Assembly: GCA_018715365.1 (NCBI GenBank)
Contig: DVLU01000040.1
Coordinates: 17,028 to 81,027 of the forward strand
Reading direction: 5' to 3'
Source of the DNA: Candidatus Ornithomonoglobus intestinigallinarum
Lineage (GTDB): Bacteria; Bacillota; Clostridia; UBA1381
Length of the DNA: 64,000 nt
Shown here: positions 9,243-17,285 of the stretch, in pieces
How the letters are laid out: each line of letters opens with the position of its first letter
Numbering within the stretch: position 1 is the stretch's first letter
Notes under the pieces: generated by a model
Told to the model about the DNA's origin: nothing
Database searches by the model: none
What the model saw: only the letters and a program-made list of their open reading frames with translations
Made by a program: the position numbers and the translations under genes

Positions 9243-9271
9243 TTGAAATTCTTGTAAAAGTCGTATATAAT
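9243..9271 (+). promoter_or_regulatory. Sigma-A type promoter for the AraC-family gene
   Basis: TTGAAA (9243..9248), 17-nt spacer, TATAAT (9266..9271). Confidence 0.6.
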
Positions 9272-9339
9272 GTATAATACGCAGAGTAATATCAAAATGC
9301 CTTAGCATTGTTAAGGCGCGAGAGCGCAAGGGGGTGACT

Positions 9340-10563
9340 ATGTTTAAAGCAGATAATACCGTACACAGCTCAAAGAACATCTCCGAAAGCTTTGAAAGAA
9401 TGGTTATAGAGGAATCGGAACGCGTCAAGCCCATAATCAGGGAACAGTTTCTCAAAGAGTACATATTCGGAACAGGGGATACGGACGAAATATTCGAGCT
9501 CTATTGCCGCACGTTTGACACCGACAAAATGACGCCGGTGCGCATGATAATCTTAAAGCCGTCGGACGGCTGTTCGGATGAGGACCTGTATTTTGTAAAA
9601 AATGCGGCGGAGCGGTGCCTTGGGGAGGACGCCGTTTTGCTGTCGGTGAACATCAGGAACAGTATACTGCTTTTAACGAGCAGAACCGACCGTGCACAGG
9701 TTAAAAAGCTTACAGAAAAGGTGAGAGCGATTGCCGAAAGGTGTTACGGCTTAAACATCAGTGCAATATACAGCAAAACAGCGCCGATTGTTGACGCGCC
9801 GTATATGTTTGAACGCCTGGAGCGCGGTATGCAGCACTTTTTCTACGGAGACGGTACAGACCTTTTGTACGAAGGCGACTTTTCGCTCGCAAAAAACGAC
9901 TGTATGATAGAACCGAAATACGGAGCAATAGAGCGCGCCGTCAAAAGCGGCGACGGCGAAAAAACAAAAGACCTGCTCTCGGACTTTTTCGGCTCTCTTG
10001 AAGAAGCGGCGCCAACGCCGGCGCTCGCAAAAACGTATTGCCTTGAGCTTTACGTGTGTATGATACGGTGCTGTGACGTTGAAAAAATAGACAAGTACAT
10101 GAAGGGCATCGTTGAAATACAAAACCGCAAAACGCTCCGCGGCATAAAGGATTTCATAACCGAAAAGGCTGCGGAAATAGTAAAAGCGAACGAACCCAAA
10201 ACAATAAGGATTTACAGCTCGCTTATAAAAGATACAATTCGTGTAATAGACGAAAATATCGGCAACGAGAATTTGTCTCTGCGGTGGCTTGCCGGAACGA
10301 TACTTTACACAAACGTCGATTATCTCGGCAAGCTGTTTAAAAAAGAAACGGGCAAGAATTTTTCGCACTACGTTATGGAAAAACGTATGGAGCTTGCAAA
10401 GGAGCTTATCATAGGCGGCAAAAAGGACCGCATCTATGAGGTTGCGGAAAAGGTCGGCTACGGTTCAAATTCGCAGTATTTCAGCCAGGTATTCAAAAAA
10501 TATACGGGCGTTTCGCCGCTCGAATACAAGGAATACGCAAAAATGGCACGCAGCGCCATGTGA
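9340..10563 (+). CDS. AraC family transcriptional regulator
   Basis: C-terminal double HTH (LSLRWLAGTILYTNVDYLGKLFKKETGKNFSHYVMEKRMELAKELI ... VAEKVGYGSNSQYFSQVFKKYTGVSPLEYK). The ATG at 9340 has better spacing to GGGGG than the GTG at 9334. Confidence 0.85.
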   Translation: MFKADNTVHSSKNISESFERMVIEESERVKPIIREQFLKEYIFGTGDTDEIFELYCRTFDTDKMTPVRMIILKPSDGCSDEDLYFVKNAAERCLGEDAVLLSVNIRNSILLLTSRTDRAQVKKLTEKVRAIAERCYGLNISAIYSKTAPIVDAPYMFERLERGMQHFFYGDGTDLLYEGDFSLAKNDCMIEPKYGAIERAVKSGDGEKTKDLLSDFFGSLEEAAPTPALAKTYCLELYVCMIRCCDVEKIDKYMKGIVEIQNRKTLRGIKDFITEKAAEIVKANEPKTIRIYSSLIKDTIRVIDENIGNENLSLRWLAGTILYTNVDYLGKLFKKETGKNFSHYVMEKRMELAKELIIGGKKDRIYEVAEKVGYGSNSQYFSQVFKKYTGVSPLEYKEYAKMARSAM

Positions 10564-10645
10564 GACGGCGCAAAAACACGTTAATAAAAAATCATTTCTG
10601 ATTTTTTTATTATAAACAAAGAAGAGAATTTATGGAGGGATTTTC

Positions 10646-13600
10646 ATGAGTAACAAGTTTAAGAAGCTGCTCTGCGGCGTTCTTTCCGCTGCAATGCTCG
10701 TAACCTCGTCAAGCCTCATCGCTTTTGCCGATGACGACTTGGGCGGCGCGGCAGACGCGGACAGAAACGAAGAAGAGGCGCAGGAAGAGGTGCTTGCAAC
10801 ACCGGCTCCCACCGCCGAAGCAACAGCGGCTCCCGCAGGCTATGACTATGAGAACGACGCTTATTATCAGAGAGCGCTCGGTCTTTGCCAGGCGCTCGGT
10901 ATAATCACGGGCTATGAGGACGGCAGCGTTCAGCCGAACTCCGTGGTAAGCAGAGCCGAAATGGCAACAATCGTTCTGAGAGCTTTAAACGCTCAGGCAA
11001 CGGCTGCATACAACAATGCTTTCAGCGATGTTGATTCATCACACTGGGCCGCAGCAACTATCCAGACGGCGGCAAACCAGAACATAATAAACGGCTTTGA
11101 AGACGGCACATTCCAGCCGGACGGCGACGTAACAACAATCCAGGTTTGGAAGATGCTTGTTTGCGCAGCAAACTTCGGCTACGAAGCAGAGATCAACGGC
11201 GGCTGGCCCTCGGGCTATGCAAGCGTTGCAAACACAAGAATGGAGCTTAACAACGGCGTTGCCTCGGGCGACATGAACGACGGCGCAGAGCGCGGAAACG
11301 TTATAAAAATGGTATATAACGCTCTTATGGCTCCGTTCAACCAGCCTTCCGGCACACAGGGCGGCATGATACTCTACGATTCACAGTATACATGGGCAAA
11401 GGTTAAGTTTAACGTTTTTGAGGGCAGGGGTATCCTCACGGCAACGTCAACAACATCGATGTCATCAGAGTATAAGCCGCAGGACGGCAATCTGTACATA
11501 GACGACCAGCTGTATGCCACAGACCTTACCGGCATAGACGCTTACGTAGGTTCAACGGTTACGTATTACTACAGCGAGGATTCTATGGGTTCGCGCAAAG
11601 TTCTTTCCGTTTCTCCCGATAACGTAAAGAGCGAAAGCGTTGAGATAGACGTCAGCGATATAGAGAGCTTTACGGGCTTTGCCGACGGACGCGGCAAGAT
11701 AAGCCTTCTTTCAAGCTCAAAGACATATGACGTAAGCGATGCTACAATAATCTACAACGGTTCGGAAATAACAAACGCGGCGTTCCAGACGGCAAAAGCG
11801 GCTGACAGAAACAACACACGCTTCCCGGCTGACATGACGTATGACGATTTCCTCGTTCCGAGAGAAGGTTCGCTTAAGCTTATAAATAACGATAACGACA
11901 GCGCCTATGATATAGTATATATCGAAAGCTACCAGACAATGGTTATCGTTTCGGCAAACGACAGGCGCGTAACGGCCGAAACAAACGAATACACATTATC
12001 CGGTTCGGTCGGCGAAAACATCACAACAACAATAGACGTTGACGCGGATGCAAATCCCGATAAGACTGTTAAAATAACAAGAGACGGTATCGAAGCCAAT
12101 CCGAGAAACCTCAGAGCGGACGACGTTGTTGCCGTAAAGAGAAGCATAGACGATATGTCCGTTGAGTTTATCTGCGAAACAAATTCGATAACCGGCTCGA
12201 TAAGCTCGGTATCGACAGATTCAATGGGCAATGCCGTTGCAACAATAAACGGCAGCGATTACGTTGTTGCCGCAGTTGCTTATGACGACTGCGCGGCAGG
12301 TGTTGAAGGCACATTCTATCTTGACGTGTTTGACCGCGTCGGCAGAATAGAAGCCGGAAACAACGGCGGACTTTCGGGTTCGGAAAAATACGGCTGGATA
12401 ATGAACGCTTATCTTGACGATTCCGGCTCGGAAATGTTTGTAAAGCTTTACACAAGCGATAACACGGAAGAAACATATAAGCTTGCAAACACAGTAAGCT
12501 TCTGGGGCACGGACGATTCATCGGCTAAATCGATGTCCGGCGCGGAAGCGTTTGAAGAAATAACAAATAACGGCACACTCGATAACGATGCATTCCTTAC
12601 AACAACGGGAAGCAATCTGAAGGGTACACCGGTAAGACTTGTAAAATACAGAACAAATTCAAACGACGAAATAAACCTCCTGTATACGGCTGTGGCAGGC
12701 TCAACAAGCTCGGACAACACAAATATGCTTGTTATGTCGGATACTGTTGAATACAACTACACATGCCGCGGCTCGATAGCAGCCGGCAAGTATTCGCTTA
12801 CAAGCCCGATGACGCTTATCCAGGTTCCGGCCAACGTAAGCGATATGAAAGATGCCGCAAACTATAATATAACAACAACGGAAGCCGGCAGCTTCCTGAA
12901 TTCATCAAAGGGCGTAAACAGATATGCTCTGTTCGGTCAGTTTACGGACGGTACCGTTCCGCAGGTCGTTGTTGAATTCCTTACAAGCACGGCTTCATCG
13001 GCTCCTACGTTTGCCGCTTACGATAATGCGGACGAGAGCGGACACCCGCTTGTTATAGTTGACAGCATAGGCACCGGCATAGATGAAGACCAGAACACCG
13101 TATATATCATAAAGGGCTTCACGTCGGGCGGCGAAGTTTCGTATACGACAAGAAGCAACACAAGCCTTTATCAGCTTAACGGCGGCTCGTATATGTCAAA
13201 TTCAACGCATATATGGGATGCTATAAGCAACAGCGACAGCATAGGCAATTACCTGAAGAAGGGCGACGTGCTTGCTGTTCACAATAACGGTGAAATGTTC
13301 GTAAGAATTGCTTCTATCGACGAGATAATCAAATATGCAAAGACGGGCGAAGTTAATTCTTATCAGATAATAGGCGCTATGGCAGGCTCAAACACAAGAG
13401 AAATGTTCCTTATCGGCCATATCCTTGACGCACAGTCGGGTACGAATTCATCGCTTACAGTAGGCGATGGCAGCGGCAGCGGAACTGTTCTCCTCAGCGC
13501 CGGTCAGTATATGGACCTTATCATGATAGACGAAGACGGCAATGTAACGTATGAGGGCGAAGGCACGAACGTTGCAGAGCTTATAGACTACGAAGGAAAG

Positions 13601-13696
13601 AACGACGGTACGATAGGCGAAGGCGACCTTGCGCTCGTATACGAGGCTCCCAAGGGCAGATCAAACGCCGTTATCGTATTCAGATTTGGTGAATAA
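10646..13696 (+). CDS. S-layer protein candidate: N-terminal triple SLH anchor plus a ~800-aa unique region
   Basis: Signal peptide followed by SLH repeats (YYQRALGLCQALGIITGYEDGSVQPNSVVSRAEMATIVLRAL; FSDVDSSHWAAATIQTAANQNIINGFEDGTFQPDGDVT). RBS GGAGGG. 1016 aa. Confidence 0.8.
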   Translation: MSNKFKKLLCGVLSAAMLVTSSSLIAFADDDLGGAADADRNEEEAQEEVLATPAPTAEATAAPAGYDYENDAYYQRALGLCQALGIITGYEDGSVQPNSVVSRAEMATIVLRALNAQATAAYNNAFSDVDSSHWAAATIQTAANQNIINGFEDGTFQPDGDVTTIQVWKMLVCAANFGYEAEINGGWPSGYASVANTRMELNNGVASGDMNDGAERGNVIKMVYNALMAPFNQPSGTQGGMILYDSQYTWAKVKFNVFEGRGILTATSTTSMSSEYKPQDGNLYIDDQLYATDLTGIDAYVGSTVTYYYSEDSMGSRKVLSVSPDNVKSESVEIDVSDIESFTGFADGRGKISLLSSSKTYDVSDATIIYNGSEITNAAFQTAKAADRNNTRFPADMTYDDFLVPREGSLKLINNDNDSAYDIVYIESYQTMVIVSANDRRVTAETNEYTLSGSVGENITTTIDVDADANPDKTVKITRDGIEANPRNLRADDVVAVKRSIDDMSVEFICETNSITGSISSVSTDSMGNAVATINGSDYVVAAVAYDDCAAGVEGTFYLDVFDRVGRIEAGNNGGLSGSEKYGWIMNAYLDDSGSEMFVKLYTSDNTEETYKLANTVSFWGTDDSSAKSMSGAEAFEEITNNGTLDNDAFLTTTGSNLKGTPVRLVKYRTNSNDEINLLYTAVAGSTSSDNTNMLVMSDTVEYNYTCRGSIAAGKYSLTSPMTLIQVPANVSDMKDAANYNITTTEAGSFLNSSKGVNRYALFGQFTDGTVPQVVVEFLTSTASSAPTFAAYDNADESGHPLVIVDSIGTGIDEDQNTVYIIKGFTSGGEVSYTTRSNTSLYQLNGGSYMSNSTHIWDAISNSDSIGNYLKKGDVLAVHNNGEMFVRIASIDEIIKYAKTGEVNSYQIIGAMAGSNTREMFLIGHILDAQSGTNSSLTVGDGSGSGTVLLSAGQYMDLIMIDEDGNVTYEGEGTNVAELIDYEGKNDGTIGEGDLALVYEAPKGRSNAVIVFRFGE

Positions 13697-13716
13697 TTTA
13701 TATGTATGGGGAAATA

Positions 13717-13745
13717 CCGCAGAGGGGCGTCCCGCCCCTTTGCGG
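13717..13745 (+). terminator. 13-bp stem-loop between the two large SLH genes (no U-tract)
   Basis: ccgcagaggggcg-tcc-cgcccctttgcgg, with one G-U pair. It is followed by aaaatt and then the next gene's RBS. Confidence 0.45.
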
Positions 13746-13768
13746 AAAATTAAGAGGGAGGAAACATT

Positions 13769-16700
13769 ATGATAAGAAATAAATTTAAAAAGCTTATCGC
13801 GCTGGCAAGTGCTGCGGCAATGGTTGCTTCGGTATATGTGCCGATTGCAACTGCGGCTGAAAATCCGGTTGAAGTAACGCCGAGTGAAACAGCGTATATT
13901 GATGGTATATCGGAAACCGGAACAGCGCACCCCGGTAAACTATTGACAAATTACAGCAAGCCCGAGGGCGACGTTTTTGTACACGGTAATAAGGATAATG
14001 TAGGGCAGGCGGCGCTGGTTAAATTTGATTTATCGGAATATGTCGGAAAAGTAAGAAGCGCTGAAATATCGCTTCATTCGCAGTGTACGGTATCAGGGAA
14101 AAATTCGGAGGTGAATTTCTCATCAATAGGAACGGATTGGAGCCAGGATACTGTAACATGGAGTAATCAAACAGGTATTGCGCCTATAAGTGAAAGAATT
14201 GCCGCGCTCGGCTTTGCGAGCAGCAGCGGTGCGGATTTCTCTTATGACCTTACCGATATGGTAAGAGCCGATGAGGACGGAATATTAGCTTTTGCGTTTT
14301 ATACAAGCACAGGCAGACAGCAGGAACTGACAAACGTTAAGCTTAATCTTGTAGTTGCGGATGAAGTAATTCCGCGGGCAACGATTACGGTAAATAATGT
14401 TCTTGAAGACGGTACTGTAATAGAAAGCTATACTGTTGAAGGTCTTTATGAAGGGGACAGCTATAGGGCAGATCCCGATATGACAAATGACAAAACAAAG
14501 GAAGAGCATTATTATACAATGTCAGACGGGGCTGTAACAACAATAGACAGCGTTTATGACGGGGCAGTGCTCGATATTAGATTTGAAGAAGTATTCCAGG
14601 AAGTGTTCATAAGCCAGAACTTTAATGATTCGGAAGTTGGAACATGGGGCTTTACAACAAATTCGGGCGTTTCGCTGACGGCGGACGGCGCGCTTGACCT
14701 TTGTACCGTAACTGCAGAAAGTACAGCGGGTGCTTTCGACACCAGAACATTTGACACTGATTTCCCCAATATGCTGGAGCAGACCTTTTTGGAGGTATCC
14801 TTCAGATGGAAGACAAATGTTGATCTTAACGCATCGGGAGGACGCTATTCGTGGTTCTCATTAAGAGACACAGAGGAAAATCCGATTTTTGTTATCATAG
14901 GTACCAGCAGCAGAGGTGCTTATGAGGACAACAGCGAAAGATTAAGACAAATATCTTACGGATATGATGAAACAGAGACGTTTGACGGTTTTAAGCAAAT
15001 AGAAAATCCCACAAATGATTTTTATAAGGTTCAGCTGAACCTTAATTTTGCAGTCGGTACAATGACCGGAAAAATAACCGATTCGAACGGCAATGTTGTT
15101 GCAAATATCAATCAGCCGCTTACCGCTAAAAACCTTGGCGGGTTGAAAGCATATCACGGTGAAGGCAGCGCATCTATGACGATTGATGACTTTAAAGTAT
15201 TCGGACCTAAAATGCAGAAGATTTCATTCACTGTTACAGATGAGGAAGGCAAGCCTGTAGGCAATGCAACTGTCAAGGTAGGCGATCAGACGGTTTTAAC
15301 AGACGCGGAAGGTAAAGCTGCGCTTGATCTTATAGCGAATACAACATATAATGTTGAAATAACAAAGGCTCAGTATCAGACATATACTCAGGAACTTGTT
15401 CTGGGCGAAGAAGATGTGGAAATCCCTGTTTCGATTATGCACCTTTCGGATGAGAACTTTGTAAAAGACGTTATAGCAAATATGGACATAGCAAACGGCA
15501 CAACTGTTGTTAAGTCAGATGGTGATTACATTGTAAGCGGAGATTTTACTCTGCCAAGTCCGAGCAATGTTACTGTCACGTGGTCAACAAATGCCGAAAA
15601 CGGCGAAGTTGTTATAGACGGTTCAAAAGCAGAGGTTTATCCCAAGGCGGACGGCGCAGATACAATAACGCTAAAGGCAAATGTTGCCTATGGCACATAT
15701 GACGAAGATGTAAGCTATACGCTTGATATTACAGATTATAAAGCGGCTGTAAAAGCTCCCGTTGACGATGCTGTTGCGGATAAGACGGTAAATCCGAATG
15801 ACGACCGCACAGGCTCATACGGTACGCCGGACGCTGCCGAAGGCAAGTTTGCGCTTGACACCTTCACGGCTGAAAACCCGCTTTCGTTTGACCTTTATCT
15901 GCCGTCATCGGTAAGCGGAAATTCAAATCTCAAACAGACATGGTCAGTAACGGGCGACGGTCTTGACGTTGACGGCGAGGTTGCCGCTTTGGCTGTTGAC
16001 AATACGGAGGCAAACAGCGCAAAAATAACAAAGACGGTTGCTTTTGTAAAGAACGGAACAACGCTTTATTCGGCATCGGCCGATTACGATGTAACGGTAC
16101 AGTTTGACCCCGCAGCCGTTGACGAAATGACTGATAAGTGGGCTGAAACCTCGGGAGAGGAAGACGTAAAGTCAACCTTCTTCTATGCGTACCAGCTTAA
16201 GCTTGACGCTGCAAGCGAGAAGAACTTTGCCGATATGCCCGATGAGGGTACAGACATCAGCACAAGCGGAATATCGAACCTCAACTACGGCGGCGAAGAC
16301 AGCGTATTCGGTTCGCTTATCGAGTGGACTTCATCGCAGTCGACGTATGCGTCTGTATCAAAGTCGAACAAGAAAGTTACCGTAAACAGATCGTCGTTCA
16401 GCGGAACGAAAGACATAACGCTTACGGCAACGATTTATATTGAAGGCTACAGCAAGAACGAAACAAGAGCCTTCAAATATGAAATCACAGGAACAAAGAG
16501 CTCAAGCAGCTCCGGCGGCGGCAGCGGCCGTCCTTCAACCGGCGGCGGCGGTACTATCCCCGTTCCCGTTGTAACACCCACACCCGCTCCCGTTGTAACG
16601 CCTACTCCGGCTGACGAAGCATTCGACGATATAGAAGGCGTTGAATCATGGGCGGGCGACGCAATAAGAGCGCTCTATTCGGAGGGCGTTATCGCAGGCA

Positions 16701-17155
16701 AGGGCGACAAGAAGTTTGCTCCTTACGATAACGTAACAAGAGGCGAATTCGCGAAGATGATAGTCGGCGCGTTCAACCTTAGCGAAATGCCCGACGAATA
16801 CCGCGGCTTTACGGACGTTCCTTCCGGTCACTGGTGCTTCTCGTACGTTGAAGTGGCTGCAAATGCAGGCGTTGTAAACGGCTACGAGGACGGTTCGTTC
16901 GGAATCGATGATTACATCACAAGACAGGATATGGCTGTTATGGTTGTAAGAGCTGCGGAAGCGGCAGGCATTGAAATAGCCGATGCCGGCAGCAGCGCGG
17001 ATTTCGGTGACAGCGCGTCGATTGCAGATTACGCATCAGCGGCTGTTGAAAGCCTTGTTAAAGCAGGAATCATAAACGGTATCGACGGCAACTTTGAGCC
17101 CGCGTCAAACGCAAACAGAGCTCAGGCCGCAAAGATACTTGCAAACTTTATTTAA
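13769..17155 (+). CDS. Large surface protein: N-terminal DNRLRE/CBM96-like module, carboxypeptidase-regulatory-like domain, C-terminal triple SLH anchor
   Basis: Signal peptide. The sequence GNKDNVGQAALVKFDLSEYVGKVRSAEISLHS...WSQDTVTWSNQ resembles DNRLRE-type modules. KISFTVTDEEGKPVGNATVKVGDQTVLTDAEGKAALDL resembles a CarboxypepD_reg fold. C-terminal SLH repeats are present (FDDIEGVESWAGDAIRALYSEGVIAGKG...; FTDVPSGHWCFSYVEVAANAGVVNGYEDGSF...). Confidence 0.8.
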   Translation: MIRNKFKKLIALASAAAMVASVYVPIATAAENPVEVTPSETAYIDGISETGTAHPGKLLTNYSKPEGDVFVHGNKDNVGQAALVKFDLSEYVGKVRSAEISLHSQCTVSGKNSEVNFSSIGTDWSQDTVTWSNQTGIAPISERIAALGFASSSGADFSYDLTDMVRADEDGILAFAFYTSTGRQQELTNVKLNLVVADEVIPRATITVNNVLEDGTVIESYTVEGLYEGDSYRADPDMTNDKTKEEHYYTMSDGAVTTIDSVYDGAVLDIRFEEVFQEVFISQNFNDSEVGTWGFTTNSGVSLTADGALDLCTVTAESTAGAFDTRTFDTDFPNMLEQTFLEVSFRWKTNVDLNASGGRYSWFSLRDTEENPIFVIIGTSSRGAYEDNSERLRQISYGYDETETFDGFKQIENPTNDFYKVQLNLNFAVGTMTGKITDSNGNVVANINQPLTAKNLGGLKAYHGEGSASMTIDDFKVFGPKMQKISFTVTDEEGKPVGNATVKVGDQTVLTDAEGKAALDLIANTTYNVEITKAQYQTYTQELVLGEEDVEIPVSIMHLSDENFVKDVIANMDIANGTTVVKSDGDYIVSGDFTLPSPSNVTVTWSTNAENGEVVIDGSKAEVYPKADGADTITLKANVAYGTYDEDVSYTLDITDYKAAVKAPVDDAVADKTVNPNDDRTGSYGTPDAAEGKFALDTFTAENPLSFDLYLPSSVSGNSNLKQTWSVTGDGLDVDGEVAALAVDNTEANSAKITKTVAFVKNGTTLYSASADYDVTVQFDPAAVDEMTDKWAETSGEEDVKSTFFYAYQLKLDAASEKNFADMPDEGTDISTSGISNLNYGGEDSVFGSLIEWTSSQSTYASVSKSNKKVTVNRSSFSGTKDITLTATIYIEGYSKNETRAFKYEITGTKSSSSSGGGSGRPSTGGGGTIPVPVVTPTPAPVVTPTPADEAFDDIEGVESWAGDAIRALYSEGVIAGKGDKKFAPYDNVTRGEFAKMIVGAFNLSEMPDEYRGFTDVPSGHWCFSYVEVAANAGVVNGYEDGSFGIDDYITRQDMAVMVVRAAEAAGIEIADAGSSADFGDSASIADYASAAVESLVKAGIINGIDGNFEPASNANRAQAAKILANFI
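16565..16612 (+). repeat. 24-bp tandem duplication in a Pro/Thr linker
   Basis: cccgttgtaacacccacacccgct / cccgttgtaacgcctactccggct, encoding PVVTPTPA twice just before the SLH anchor. Confidence 0.8.
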
Positions 17156-17177
17156 TCAAACAATAAAGATAAGAAAC

Positions 17178-17212
17178 AAAAAAATCCCGCGGATTTCCCG
17201 CGGGATTTTTTT
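17178..17212 (+). terminator. Intrinsic terminator of the 13769..17155 gene
   Basis: aaaaaaatcccgcg-gatttcc-cgcgggattttttt. Confidence 0.8.
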
Positions 17213-17230
17213 ATGCTGAATTTCATTCAA

Positions 17231-17274
17231 AAAAATCCCCCCGCAAAAGCGGGGGGTTCGGGGACGAAGCCCCG
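17231..17274 (-). terminator. Intrinsic terminator of ppdK (two tandem hairpins, then a U-run on the minus strand)
   Basis: ccccg-N6-cgggg and ccccccgc-aaaa-gcgggggg, followed on the minus strand by attttttt. Confidence 0.75.
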
Positions 17275-17285
17275 GAAAAATCAAA

